Source: Calditrichia bacterium
GTDB lineage: Bacteria > Calditrichota > Calditrichia > JAJRVZ01
Length of the DNA: 64,000 nucleotides
Assembly (NCBI GenBank): GCA_963796965.1
Contig: CAWCNS010000005.1
Location: forward strand, 896,001 to 960,000
Direction: 5' to 3'
Position numbers and translations under genes: made by a program. Below the pieces are notes generated by a model, which was not told where the DNA came from, searched no databases, and saw nothing but the letters and a program-made list of their open reading frames with translations. Positions 45,717 through 56,214 of the stretch are shown piece after piece (position 1 is the stretch's first letter; the number at the start of each line of letters is the position of its first letter).

Positions 45717-46014
45717 AATATCTGTTGAAGCCTTACGACTTACATGAACCAAATCGTTACCACCCAGTCGATCAATTCGTTTAACCCGTAACCAGGGAAT
45801 CGTGTAATTCGTAACAACCTCATCATTACGTCCGTAATGCGCTATCCCTTACGGTCGTATGAATCTAATTGTTACGACCTAGTCGATCTAATCGTTTAAC
45901 CCGTAACAAGGTAGTCGAGTAAGTCGTAACAGTCTCATCATTACGTCCGTAACGTGCTACCCCTTACGGTCGTATGAGTTTAACCATTACACCCGTAAGG
46001 ATTCTCCAGACATT
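45717..46014. repeat. TIR-bounded element with a 23-bp-phased array of TTACGnnCGTAA-like palindromes and an internal 115-bp duplication
   Basis: Sites start at 45757, 45780, 45803, 45826, 45849, 45872, 45895, 45918, 45941, 45964 and 45987, plus 45733. The terminal inverted repeats match at 17/21. Confidence 0.85.
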
Positions 46015-46321
46015 AACTAAATGATTTGCTCTGTTTTAGAATATCAAATACTACTTTATTACCCCGCTGTTTATTTTTTCCTAACCAGTTGCAGGATTAG
46101 ATTATTTTTTTTGTTAATCTCTACGGATCCGGGAATTTTACATCAAATACCCTCGTTGTTTATTAATCATATAAGTCAATAAAAAACCTAAGGTAAAACC
46201 ACATAGATTTATGAATATTTATACATTAATTATGCAATCTTTATTGAAACCTTTTTATAGTATTCATTTCTTTTTAAAAAAAATCATTTATAATTCTCAT
46301 AACCCATAAGGAGCGTGCAAA

Positions 46322-46816
46322 ATGAACAACTCATTCAGCGTCGTTTTTCTCTTATTATTTATTTTTGGACTTCAACTAACCTCCTCTGCCAAGGATGAAC
46401 CAGACAAAATAAAAAAACTTTCCAAAGGGGCAGATGTTATCTTAACGGGCAAAGTATCCCATAAAAAGTCCAACTGGAACAAGGATAAAACACGTATATA
46501 TACCAATACAACAGTTGAGGTTGATGAATATCTTAAGGGTAAAAACAATCGTAAATCCGTTGAGATCACCACCCCGGGGGGCGAGGTTGGTGATATTGGC
46601 GAGGTTTATACCCATATGCCAAAGTTTGAAGTGAATGAAGAGGTTTTGGTATTCCTAAAAAAGGATCAGAACGATGAGACTTATCAGGTGTTTAGTGGTG
46701 AGGAAGGTAAATTAAAAGTGCATAAAGATACAATTACAAAGGAAAAAGTGACTAATACGGATATACGCTTTAAAGATCTCAAATCGCAGATTAAGAGTTA
46801 TCTGAGGGAAGAATAA
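46322..46816 (+). CDS. Small secreted protein resembling the N-terminal OB/TIMP-like module found with bacterial matrixin-type proteases
   Basis: Signal peptide and ADVILTGKV...IYTNTTVEVDEYLKG...ITTPGGEVG...PKFEVNEEVLVFL. Confidence 0.6.
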   Translation: MNNSFSVVFLLLFIFGLQLTSSAKDEPDKIKKLSKGADVILTGKVSHKKSNWNKDKTRIYTNTTVEVDEYLKGKNNRKSVEITTPGGEVGDIGEVYTHMPKFEVNEEVLVFLKKDQNDETYQVFSGEEGKLKVHKDTITKEKVTNTDIRFKDLKSQIKSYLREE

Positions 46817-46883
46817 ATATTTTTTTACCACAGAGGACTCAGAGAAAAGTAAAAAGGTAAAAAAAAATAACGGAGATTTTTTT

Positions 46884-46918
46884 CTTTTGACTTTTGACTT
46901 TTGACGTTTGACTTTTCA
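46884..46918. repeat. Heptamer repeat (CTTTTGA)x5
   Basis: cttttga cttttga cttttga cgtttga cttttca. Confidence 0.75.
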
Positions 46919-46985
46919 CTTTATTCGGATTCTTTACACTCTATCATCAAATATTTTAAACGATTCGTACCAACAGGGGGAAAAA

Positions 46986-49900
46986 ATGATAAACATTGTA
47001 CATAAATATTTTCAATCCGTATTTCTTATTTTACTTCTCACCTTCAGCACCACATCTTTTGCACAATCAAATAATAACGCTTTTGTTTTCAACGGTGAGG
47101 ACCAGCCAGATCTATATAAAAGATGGTAGCAAGGCAAATACTGATGCCGACCAGACCGGGTTTCAATTTTTTAATAGCAATGGAGGAAATAATCAAATAT
47201 CGGTCCAGGCCTGGATCTATCTCTTGGGCGATACACCTGCTGGTGTTGAAACACCGATTATTTACCGCTCAGTTGAAGGAGGCACAACATTTTCCCTTTA
47301 TGTAAAGAACAATAAGGGATATTTTTCTGTAGGAGATTCAGAGCCAGTCGTAACACCTGAATTTAATGCTTTCGGATGGGTGGCACTTACTGGTACTTAC
47401 GATGGAAATAATCTAAAGATTTATTTGGGTGGTGATTTAGTTGAATCTCAATCCTCCGTATCAACCACTACTGGCTATACAACAGTACCAAATGAGAGTG
47501 GATTGTTTATAGGTAAATCAAATACAGGTGCGATTAAGGGATTGATTGATGAGATCAGAATTTTTGATATTGCCTTAGGCGCAAACAACATTAACGGTTC
47601 GGGAGGAAATGGCAATCCCGCTGAGAATTTTCCCTCTTCCATTTCACAATACATACGCGGTCAATGGTCATTTTATGAAATTAGTTCTGGCGACGTACTG
47701 TCAGATTTATCTACCCTATAAAAACAATTTGATTGTAGATAATATAGATCAAATATTTCCAAGTAAAGAATTACCTTTTATAGTCGTCACTTCAACTTCG
47801 GATGAGCAAGATGCCTCACCGGGTGATGGTACTGCGGCTTCTACAAATGGCAAGGTCACCCTAAGATCTGCCATTGAAGAAACAAATGCTCTGGAAGGGA
47901 GCAAATAATTTATTTTTATATCACCGAAAGTGTCGACCAGTTATTCAACCCGCGACAGCATTACCATCCATCACTGAATCTGTAATAATAGATGGCACAT
48001 TTCAAAAAGGATATATCGACTCGCCCTTAGTCCAGGTGACCGGTGATTACGCCAGTATGACTCTAAGTGGTGGTGGGGCATTAAAAACCCTAAGTATCTT
48101 TAAATAGTTCATTGGGATTTTCTCTTACTCTTTCTTTGGTGGGTGGAAATACAATAGAATTGAATCAGATATACAGGACTATCCATAGGCTCCCCAGGTA
48201 ATAATATTAATGGTAATACGTTCTACAAATTCTGGAGTGATGGTATTGCATTACAAGTGGGGCTGAAAACAATTTGATCGGTGATTACTTTAGCCAATCA
48301 GATATTTGCAAACACCGGATTATGGGATATCCATCACTAATGTCAATGGAAATCAAATTGCAAACAATGTGATCAACCAGAATGGTTTAGGTGGTTTCTC
48401 AATTTCAAATAGTACTGGTATACTTAACGGCAATACAATATCTGCAAATACGGGTTTAGGGCTCACCGTGAATTCAAGTATGGGATTTGATGTAAGTAAT
48501 AATATTATTGACTCAAATACATGGGTGGTAATAATCATTATCCAACAACATGACAAATCTTACAGAAAACACATTAGAGAAAATTACTTTTCGGTATATC
48601 TTTAAATTTGCAAATGGTAATACCATAACTGAGAATATTATTGTTAATAATACAGGTAATGGAATTTTAGTAAACGGCAATGGGAACCAATTTATTAATA
48701 AGCAGTTTCCAGCAACACAGGCCTGGGAATAATGTCTCAGCCGGAATAGGAAATCAGGTTAAGCAATACATTTTCCTCAAACTTTTTAGGTGGCATATTA
48801 ATTTCAAATAGCACCGCAAGTATAAATCGGAAATTCAATTACAGGAAAATCCAAAATTTGGTATCTCTCTAAATACTGCAAATGAAAATAATATTTCCGA
48901 AAATACCATATCCGGGAACCCAAACGAAGGGATGATTATCAATGGCAATAACAATATCGTGGATGATAATACAGTTAATGAAAATATGGGGGTAGGATTA
49001 TCTGTAACTGGCGGAATAGGAAATCAAATTACAGCCAACACGTTCTCAACAAACAATTTGGGTGGTATATCACTATCAAATAGTACTGGTATTATTTCCG
49101 GTAATACTGTTACCGGAAATATGAGTTTTGGAATATCTTTGATGCAGCAAACAACAATACACTTTAAGGACAATGAAGTTTCAGGGAATTCAAGCCATGG
49201 ATTAATCATCAATGGCAGTGGTAATGATATCAACAACAATTCGATTTACAATAATGGTGTTTCCGGTACAGGAGTAGGCGTATTTGTTGAGTCGGGAAAC
49301 TACAATTCCATCCTTACTAATTGAATTTATGGATAATGCTTATCTGGGAATCCAAGTTAGCCCCTTCAGCAAATGATGGACAGGTCTTCCCTACCCTCAA
49401 CACCTTTTATTCCTGGCAGGACGAATCAGCCTTACCTGAAATCAAAGGCGGATTTTTTATTGAGGGTGTTCTTAACACTTCTCCAGGTGAAACTTATAAA
49501 ATTCAATTTTTTGCCAATGCTGATGCCAATCAGCGTGAAGGTAAACGCTATCTCGGTGAAATCGAGATTGGTTCTTCTGAATATACTGAAACCGATTTTT
49601 ATGCCAACCTTAAAGATGTTGTGGTCTTTGAAGGAGAAGTTGTAAGTGCGACAGCAACCAGATTAAATGCGGAGAGTAATCCTTTAAGCACTTCTGAATT
49701 TTCTGCAGCGGTTGATTTGAATGAAGATGACGGCCTTCATTATATTGTCAATACTACCCTTGCAGGTATTCCCCTGCACTGGAAAGATGGTGAAGGCGAT
49801 TACCAGATTGCACCATCAGTTAACGGTCGAGGTTACGATGATGAAATTGAGAGAGGATTTGACACCTGGAGTGGTTTACAACAGTTGGATTATACCCGTA

Positions 49901-52657
49901 AAAACTATTCTGATACAGAAGCATGGGGTGGAAATGCAGACGGTGTCAATAATATTGTATGGATATCACAGTCGACTGACTGGGTAGATCAAATTGGTGC
50001 ACCGACCAATGTAGCCGCGGTGACGCGTGTAAGATATAATGCCTTAAATGGTGAATTGATTGATGTCGACATCGCCTTTAACGGGGATCCGGTTTCCCTT
50101 ACCGGTCAGGGAGATTATGAATGGGCGGCTGATGGATCTGTGGATAAACTTGATGTTGAAAACACCGCCACCCATGAAATAGGACATTATTGTGGTCTTG
50201 GCGATCTCTATAATCCCGGCGATGAAAATTATACAAAGGATATGAAAAATAATAACCATCCCGCCACCATGTATGGCCGCATCGATGTCGGGGAAGATTA
50301 TAAACAAATCCTGCATCCTGGTTCATATTCCGATCAAATGGATGTAGAAGAATTTGACATAGGGGGTATCAACTATATCTATGAGAATATTGGTGAAGTC
50401 TATTACGACATCGCCCTGGTATTTGATGGTTCTACCAACTTTACCTCAGAGGATGTTCTTAATGGTTTTATACCTTCAAAAAATACAGCCGTTGAGTTAA
50501 TAACCAAATTAAGAATTGGTGACCGGATTGGATGGGTAAACGGCTCAATCACAGAACCTGTCAATGAAAATTTTCAGTCCAAACTGAATACTATCGACCT
50601 GATAGAACCAGATCCAGTGGGAGACCTGGCCGAGCGGATCCAGGATGCTTATGAATTGTTGTCCGCTGCTTCATCCAGCGATAATAAAAAGGTCATACTT
50701 TTATTCAGCGCCGGAGAGATTGCACCTGTTTCCTTAATAACTGAAATGGAAACAGATCCGGAGGTTAGAATTTTTACATTGGGATTTGAAGGATTGAATA
50801 CTGCGCAGGATCTGATGAGTTGGTTGGCCAATGAAACCAGAGGCGAGTATTATGAGATTGCGAGCTCGACAGAAATCTCCGCAGCAACAAATATAATCTG
50901 GCTGCGTTTGCTTGGCTTGCAGATTTCCTATCTCTCAGAAGAGATCAGTAGTGATTTGTTTCAAGATGGGCTGGCCTGGCAAGGTGGTTTAGCCTGGCAG
51001 GGTGGCCTGGCCTGGCAGGGTGGCTTAGCCTGGCAAGGTGGCCTGGCCTGGCAAGGTGGTCTGGCCTGGCAAGGTGGCTTGGCTTGGCAAGGTGGCTTAG
51101 CCTGGCAAGGTGGTTTGGCCTGGCAAGGTGGAACGCTTGAGATGGGTCTGGCCTGGCAAGGAAGTGAATATTCCTTAGTATTGCTACCACCGGGGATAGA
51201 GGTGACAAATCCACCAAATCTACCGGCAGAAGCCATTACGGAATTCAACTACAATTCTCCTGCAAATGCGGCCTATGAGATTGAAATTATAAATGGCTTT
51301 GATGCTTACGGCTATCCCTATAAATTTTTTAAGGTAAACAATCCAGGGTTAGGTGCATGGACCTATGCTGTATTAGAAGATGAAGGGCCTCCGGCTGGTC
51401 AAACAGAGCCCATACGTGTCTATATGGCAAATGAGTCAGACCTTGTTTTGGAGTTTAGATCCGATCAGGAACGCTATACTTTACAAGAAGATCAAAATGG
51501 CGATCCAATTCCGGTGCTGGTTAATATGGAAGCGAATTTATTTCAGGGTGGTGAAACAAGTGGGCTCGAGAACCATACGAAAACCGTTGGTGAACCGGTT
51601 AATGATGCCATAATCAGTCTTCAGATAACTGCACCAGATGGCCAGCAGAGTATTGGCTTCCTGAATAATATAGGAGATGGTATTTATACTATAAGCCTCG
51701 AAACGCCGCTAATTGGAAATTATGATATAGAGGTCATCGCTTCAGATAATGTTCCCGATGCGCAGAGCGGGTATAATAATAGCCAGTATGTGATAACCAC
51801 CGAACATTCTTTCTATATTTCCCCATATGTTAAACCAAAAGATTTTACAAACAAAGTATATATTGAAAATGCATTGGCAGAACTAACACAGATTATGGAG
51901 GATTATTGCCCCTCAAAACAGGCTTGTGAGTTAGATAATAAAACCAAAAGGAACCTAAACGGTGCTATTTCATTAATTACAAGTGCATTAGGATATTTTG
52001 AGAGCAATGGCAATGAGTCTCAAATCCAAAAAAGGATTAAACTTTTATGCCAATATTACTTCGGCCGTAAATGACATTTATGCCTATTTGGATGATCCTG
52101 AATTTGGAGGAAATATTGATGAGGCATTAGGTAATCTAATTGAAGGCACCTACAAAATAACCGTTTTAGCCAGGGACAATGCTGAGAATGGCGATTGCCA
52201 GGAATCAAATTGTGACGAGTTACTGAAAAATGCAAATGCAGAACTTGGCAAAGCGATAGATGATTCAAAACAGAACAACTATGTTTATATTTTCAATCAT
52301 CTGACCAATGCCTGGAAATTCTCGCTGAATATCCTCGGCGCAAATTTAAAGAAAGAGGCCATATTAAGTGATGGTGATAATTCTGTGATACCAACAGAGT
52401 ATAATTTATCTCAGAACTATCCGAATCCTTTTAATCCCACTACCAGAATAGATTTTCAGTTGCCTGAGAAGCGATATGTTTCCTTAAAGATCTATGATAT
52501 TCAGGGAAATCTGGTTACCACACTGGTCTCAAAAGAAATGGAAGCAGGATATCATAGTACTACCTGGGATGCGAATGGTTTTGCCAGTGGTGTTTACTTC
52601 TACAGATTTACCAGTGGTTCATTTGTGGCCACAAAAAGATTATTGTTGTTGAAATAA
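46986..52657 (+). CDS. Giant secreted multidomain protein (~1,900 aa if repaired): LamG-like, CSLREA-like, parallel beta-helix, metzincin-like protease, vWA-like, GLAWQG repeats and T9SS/FlgD-type C-terminal domain; many frameshifts
   Basis: Collinear fragments: signal peptide; W..LTGTYDG..KIY and GLIDEIRIF (LamG); VTSTSDE.DASPGDG...VTLRSAIEETN; N/G-rich beta-helix repeats; HEIGHYCGLGD with PATMY; DIALVFDGS and VILLFSAGE; NYPNPFNP. Confidence 0.75.
50968..51162 (+). repeat. Coding 18-bp tandem repeat: (GLAWQG)x9, GTLEM, then GLAWQG
   Basis: Nine contiguous units at 50968-51129 and a tenth at 51145-51162. All differences between units are synonymous. Confidence 0.95.
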
Positions 52658-52667
52658 TTTTATCATC

Positions 52668-52698
52668 GATGTAGTCCATCTTCAAGATGGACTACATC
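52668..52698. repeat. Perfect palindrome with GTAG...CTAC (REP-like or terminator)
   Basis: GATGTAGTCCATCTT-C-AAGATGGACTACATC, 10 bp after the stop codon. Confidence 0.7.
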
Positions 52699-52712
52699 TG
52701 TATAGAATATTT

Positions 52713-52839
52713 GACAGGATCACAGGATTAACAGGATTATATATTAATGTCTTTTGTATAAAGATTCCGAATTCCCGATCTCTGATCGGGAGAATGACAA
52801 TCAGGTCATCCTGAATCCTGTAAATCCTGTGATCCTGTC
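52713..52839. repeat. Inverted-repeat element built of ACAGGAT 9-mers
   Basis: GACAGGATCACAGGATTAACAGGATT ... AATCCTGTAAATCCTGTGATCCTGTC. Confidence 0.75.
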
Positions 52840-52872
52840 TAAATAAATAATAAAATGACATGACAGAAAACC

Positions 52873-55800
52873 ATGAAAAGAAAAATACTATTTTTAACCT
52901 CAGTTTACCTGCTACTCTTATCAAATCTTTTCGCCCAGCAGAATATTTCTTTTAATCACCTAACCATTGAAGACGGTTTATCACAAAGTTCCGTCACCTG
53001 TATCTTTCAGGACCAGAAGGGTTTTATGTGGTTTGGTACACAAGACGGACTCAACCGCTTCGATGGCTATACTTTCAAAATATTTAAAAACAATCCCTCT
53101 GATCCAACGAGTTTAAGCGAAAACTTTATCTTCTCGATATATGAACAACCCTCCGGTGCTCTCTATATTGAGACTCAAAGCAGTATATTCCACCAATATA
53201 ACCCAAGGGAAGAATCATTTCAGGTAGTTCAAAAAGACAGTACAAAATTTCTTAAAGCACGGATCAGTACGGTTGGTGCTCTGCTCCAGGAATCAACGGG
53301 TGTCATTTGGACTGGAGGACTCGGAAAAGGTATAGGCTTAGTACGAACGGATACAAAAACCGGCCAAATAACAACCTTTAATCATGATCCTAAAGATCCT
53401 ACAAGTTTAAGCGATGATAAAGTCTACTCTGTATTCAGGGACAAGTCCGGCAATCTTTGGGTAGGTACTTTTAATGGTCTTGACAAACTTGATGAGTCGG
53501 ACAGGCAAATTCTATCACTATCGAAATGATCCTAAAAACCCAAATAGCCTGCCAGATAATTGGGTATGGTCTATTAATGAAGATTCCCGTGGATATTTGT
53601 GGATTGGGACGAAAAAAGGTGGTTTATCCAGGTTTGACCCAAAATCTGAAAGTTTTGTTACTTATAAAAACGATCCCAATGATCCATCGAGCATCAATAA
53701 TAATTTTATTTTTTCGATTTATGAAGACCGCAGCTCCATGCTATGGGTGGGTACAAATTTAGGTGGGATAAATTATTTCCATCCCTCGGCAAATGTCTTT
53801 GAACATTACACCCATAATGATCCGAAAACAAAAACAGTCTTACTGATGATCTTGTAGCTTCCATGCTCGTTGATAGGAATGGTACCTATTGGATAGGAAC
53901 AAATAACGGCGGCCTAAATAAATTTGATCATCGAAAGAACACATTCACTCCTTATCTTCATAAACCTAAAAACAAAAACAGTCTGACCAGTAACTCAATC
54001 CAATCATTATTGGAGGACAGGTCAGGTATACTATGGATCGGAACGTATAGTGATGGCCTTAATGCCTTCGATCGCAAAACGGGAAAATTTACACATTTCA
54101 CACATAATCCTTCTGATCCCACATCTCTGTCGGATAACCGGATATATGCATTGGAGGAAGATAATACCGGTGATATTTGGATTGGAACATATGGTGGCGG
54201 TCTGAATAGGTTTGATAAAAAATCCGGTAAATTTATTCATTACCAAACATAATGAACAAGATCCCACATCATTGAGTTCCAACGCAACCTGGTCTCTTGC
54301 ATCAGGACGGATCAGGAACATTATGGATAGGTACATTTGGTGGCGGGATAAATGTTTTTGATGAGGAGAGTCAATTCTTTCGCCATTATAAAAATAATCC
54401 TGATGATTCAACCAGTATCATTTCAACAATATCATCAGAGTATTTAAAGACAGCAAAGATAATATGTGGTTTGGTTCAGTCGAAGGGTTTAAGCAGGTAT
54501 GTAAAGGAATACGGATAGTTTTATAAATTACGTTGAGAGTGACGGCCTGGCGAATAGTTTTGTTTATGGTATCGTTGAAGATAAACTGGGCAATCTTTGG
54601 TTAAGCACCAATAACGGATTATCAAAATTTAATCCCGAAAAAGAGAACTTTCAAGAATTATTATGATAAAGATGGTCTGCAGGGGAATGAGTTTAATCAA
54701 AATGCCTATGCAAAAGACGAAAAAACAGGTAATATCCTTTTTGGTGGTCCAAATGGATTTAATGTATTTAATCCGGATGATCTGAAGAGAGAATACCTAT
54801 ATACCTCCTATCGAATTTAGCGGATATCTGAGGTATAACACGGATGATGAAGAGGGTAAGCCAATTATTGAAAAAGGAATCTCTGAAAGAGATAGTATTA
54901 GACTTACTTATAAGGATAATATTATTACACTCAATTTTGCAGCGCTCAGTTATTACAATAATCTTGAGAACCAGTACAGGTATAAACTTGAAGGATTCAA
55001 CGAGAATTGGATTCAGTTAGGAAACAATCATTCCGTTACATTTACAAACTTATCTTCAGGTGAATATGATTTGCAGGTAATGGGTTCGAACAATGATGGT
55101 CTATGGAATGAAGAAGGAACATCCCTTGCTATTCTTGTTTCACCTCCCTGGTGGAAAACGAAGTTAGCCTACTTTCTATATTTTATTGCCTTCTTTACCT
55201 TATTATACAGTGTAAGACGTGTTGAGATTAAAAGACGTGAACAAAAAGCACAGATCAGAGAATCGGCCTTACGGATTAAAGCAACTGAAGCCGAAAAACA
55301 CGCCCTGGAAGTAGAAAATGAAAGAAAAACAAAAGAACTAGAAGAAGCACGGCAACTGCAGCTTTCCATGCTTCCAAAGGAGTTACCGGATCTTCCCGAC
55401 CTGGAAATCGCCGCCTTTATGCGCACGGCAACAGAAGTCGGTGGTGATTATTATGACTTTATTGTTCAGGAAGATGGTGTATTAAATGTTGCCTTCGGGG
55501 ATGCTACCGGTCATGGCCTGCAAGCAGGAACGATGGTAACATTGATGAAAGGATTTTTCACCTCTGATTCAACCAAATTCGGACTTCAGGATTTTATGAG
55601 CCATTGTACAAAAGTGATTAAAGAAATTAAACTTGGTAGAATATTAATGTCTTTTAGTTATTTAAAAATTGCCGACAAGGATCTTCAAATCACCAGTTGT
55701 GGCATGCCTCCGGTTTATTATCACCACAAAGAGTCAAATGAGTTGGAAGAAATCACTATCCAGGGAACACCCCTGGGTGCCATGCAAAATGCCAAATATA

Positions 55801-56045
55801 AAACGGAGGAACGGAAATTAAAAAGTGGTGATACCTTATTATTACTCACAGACGGATTGCCGGAACAGATGAATAATAGGGATGAAATGTTCGATTATCC
55901 ACGTGTAACAGAACACTTCACAAAAATAATCAATTATTCACCGGATGAAATAATAAAAAAACTTGTTGAAGCTGGTGATAAATGGATGAACGGCAGGGTT
56001 CAGGATGATGATATAACTTTTGTAGTTATTCGGGTAAAAGGATAA
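52873..56045 (+). CDS. Membrane sensor: periplasmic Reg_prop beta-propellers, Y_Y_Y domain and cytoplasmic SpoIIE/PP2C phosphatase (several frameshifts)
   Basis: GLSQSSV..IFQD..GFMWFGTQDGLNRFDG and repeated LWIGT..GGL units, YRYKLEG, PPWWKT, EVGGDYYDF, GDATGHG, TDGL.E and QDDDIT. Confidence 0.85.
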
Positions 56046-56103
56046 CCACGGATTTCACGAATTGAATCGAATTACACTAATTAAAATATTATTCATTAAT
56101 CTG

Positions 56104-56187
56104 TGGCCGTTCGCGAACGGCCACTACTAAACAATTACCTCCCCCATAATCCCCCTCCTTAGTAAGGAGGGGGAAATAGGGGGAGGT
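56104..56187. repeat. Two palindromes between convergent genes: a GTGGCCGTTCGCGAACGGCCAC-TAC REP and a CCCCCTCCTT/AAGGAGGGGG hairpin
   Basis: The first is identical to 27124-27148. The second is a GC-rich nested hairpin that may act as a bidirectional terminator. Confidence 0.75.
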
Positions 56188-56214
56188 TATTAAATTTATT
56201 TTTGGATTCGATGG

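Noticed and set aside
45733..45998. Mini-CRISPR interpretation of the 23-bp array
   Set aside because: The repeats (12 bp) and spacers (11 bp) are far too short and degenerate, and the spacers recur with the 115-bp duplication.
50945..51248. Antisense ORFs with (PPCQAK/R)n or (HLARP)n repeats that look like Cys-rich or RiPP precursors
   Set aside because: They are shadows of the GLAWQG repeat. Variation is synonymous only in the plus frame of the large gene.
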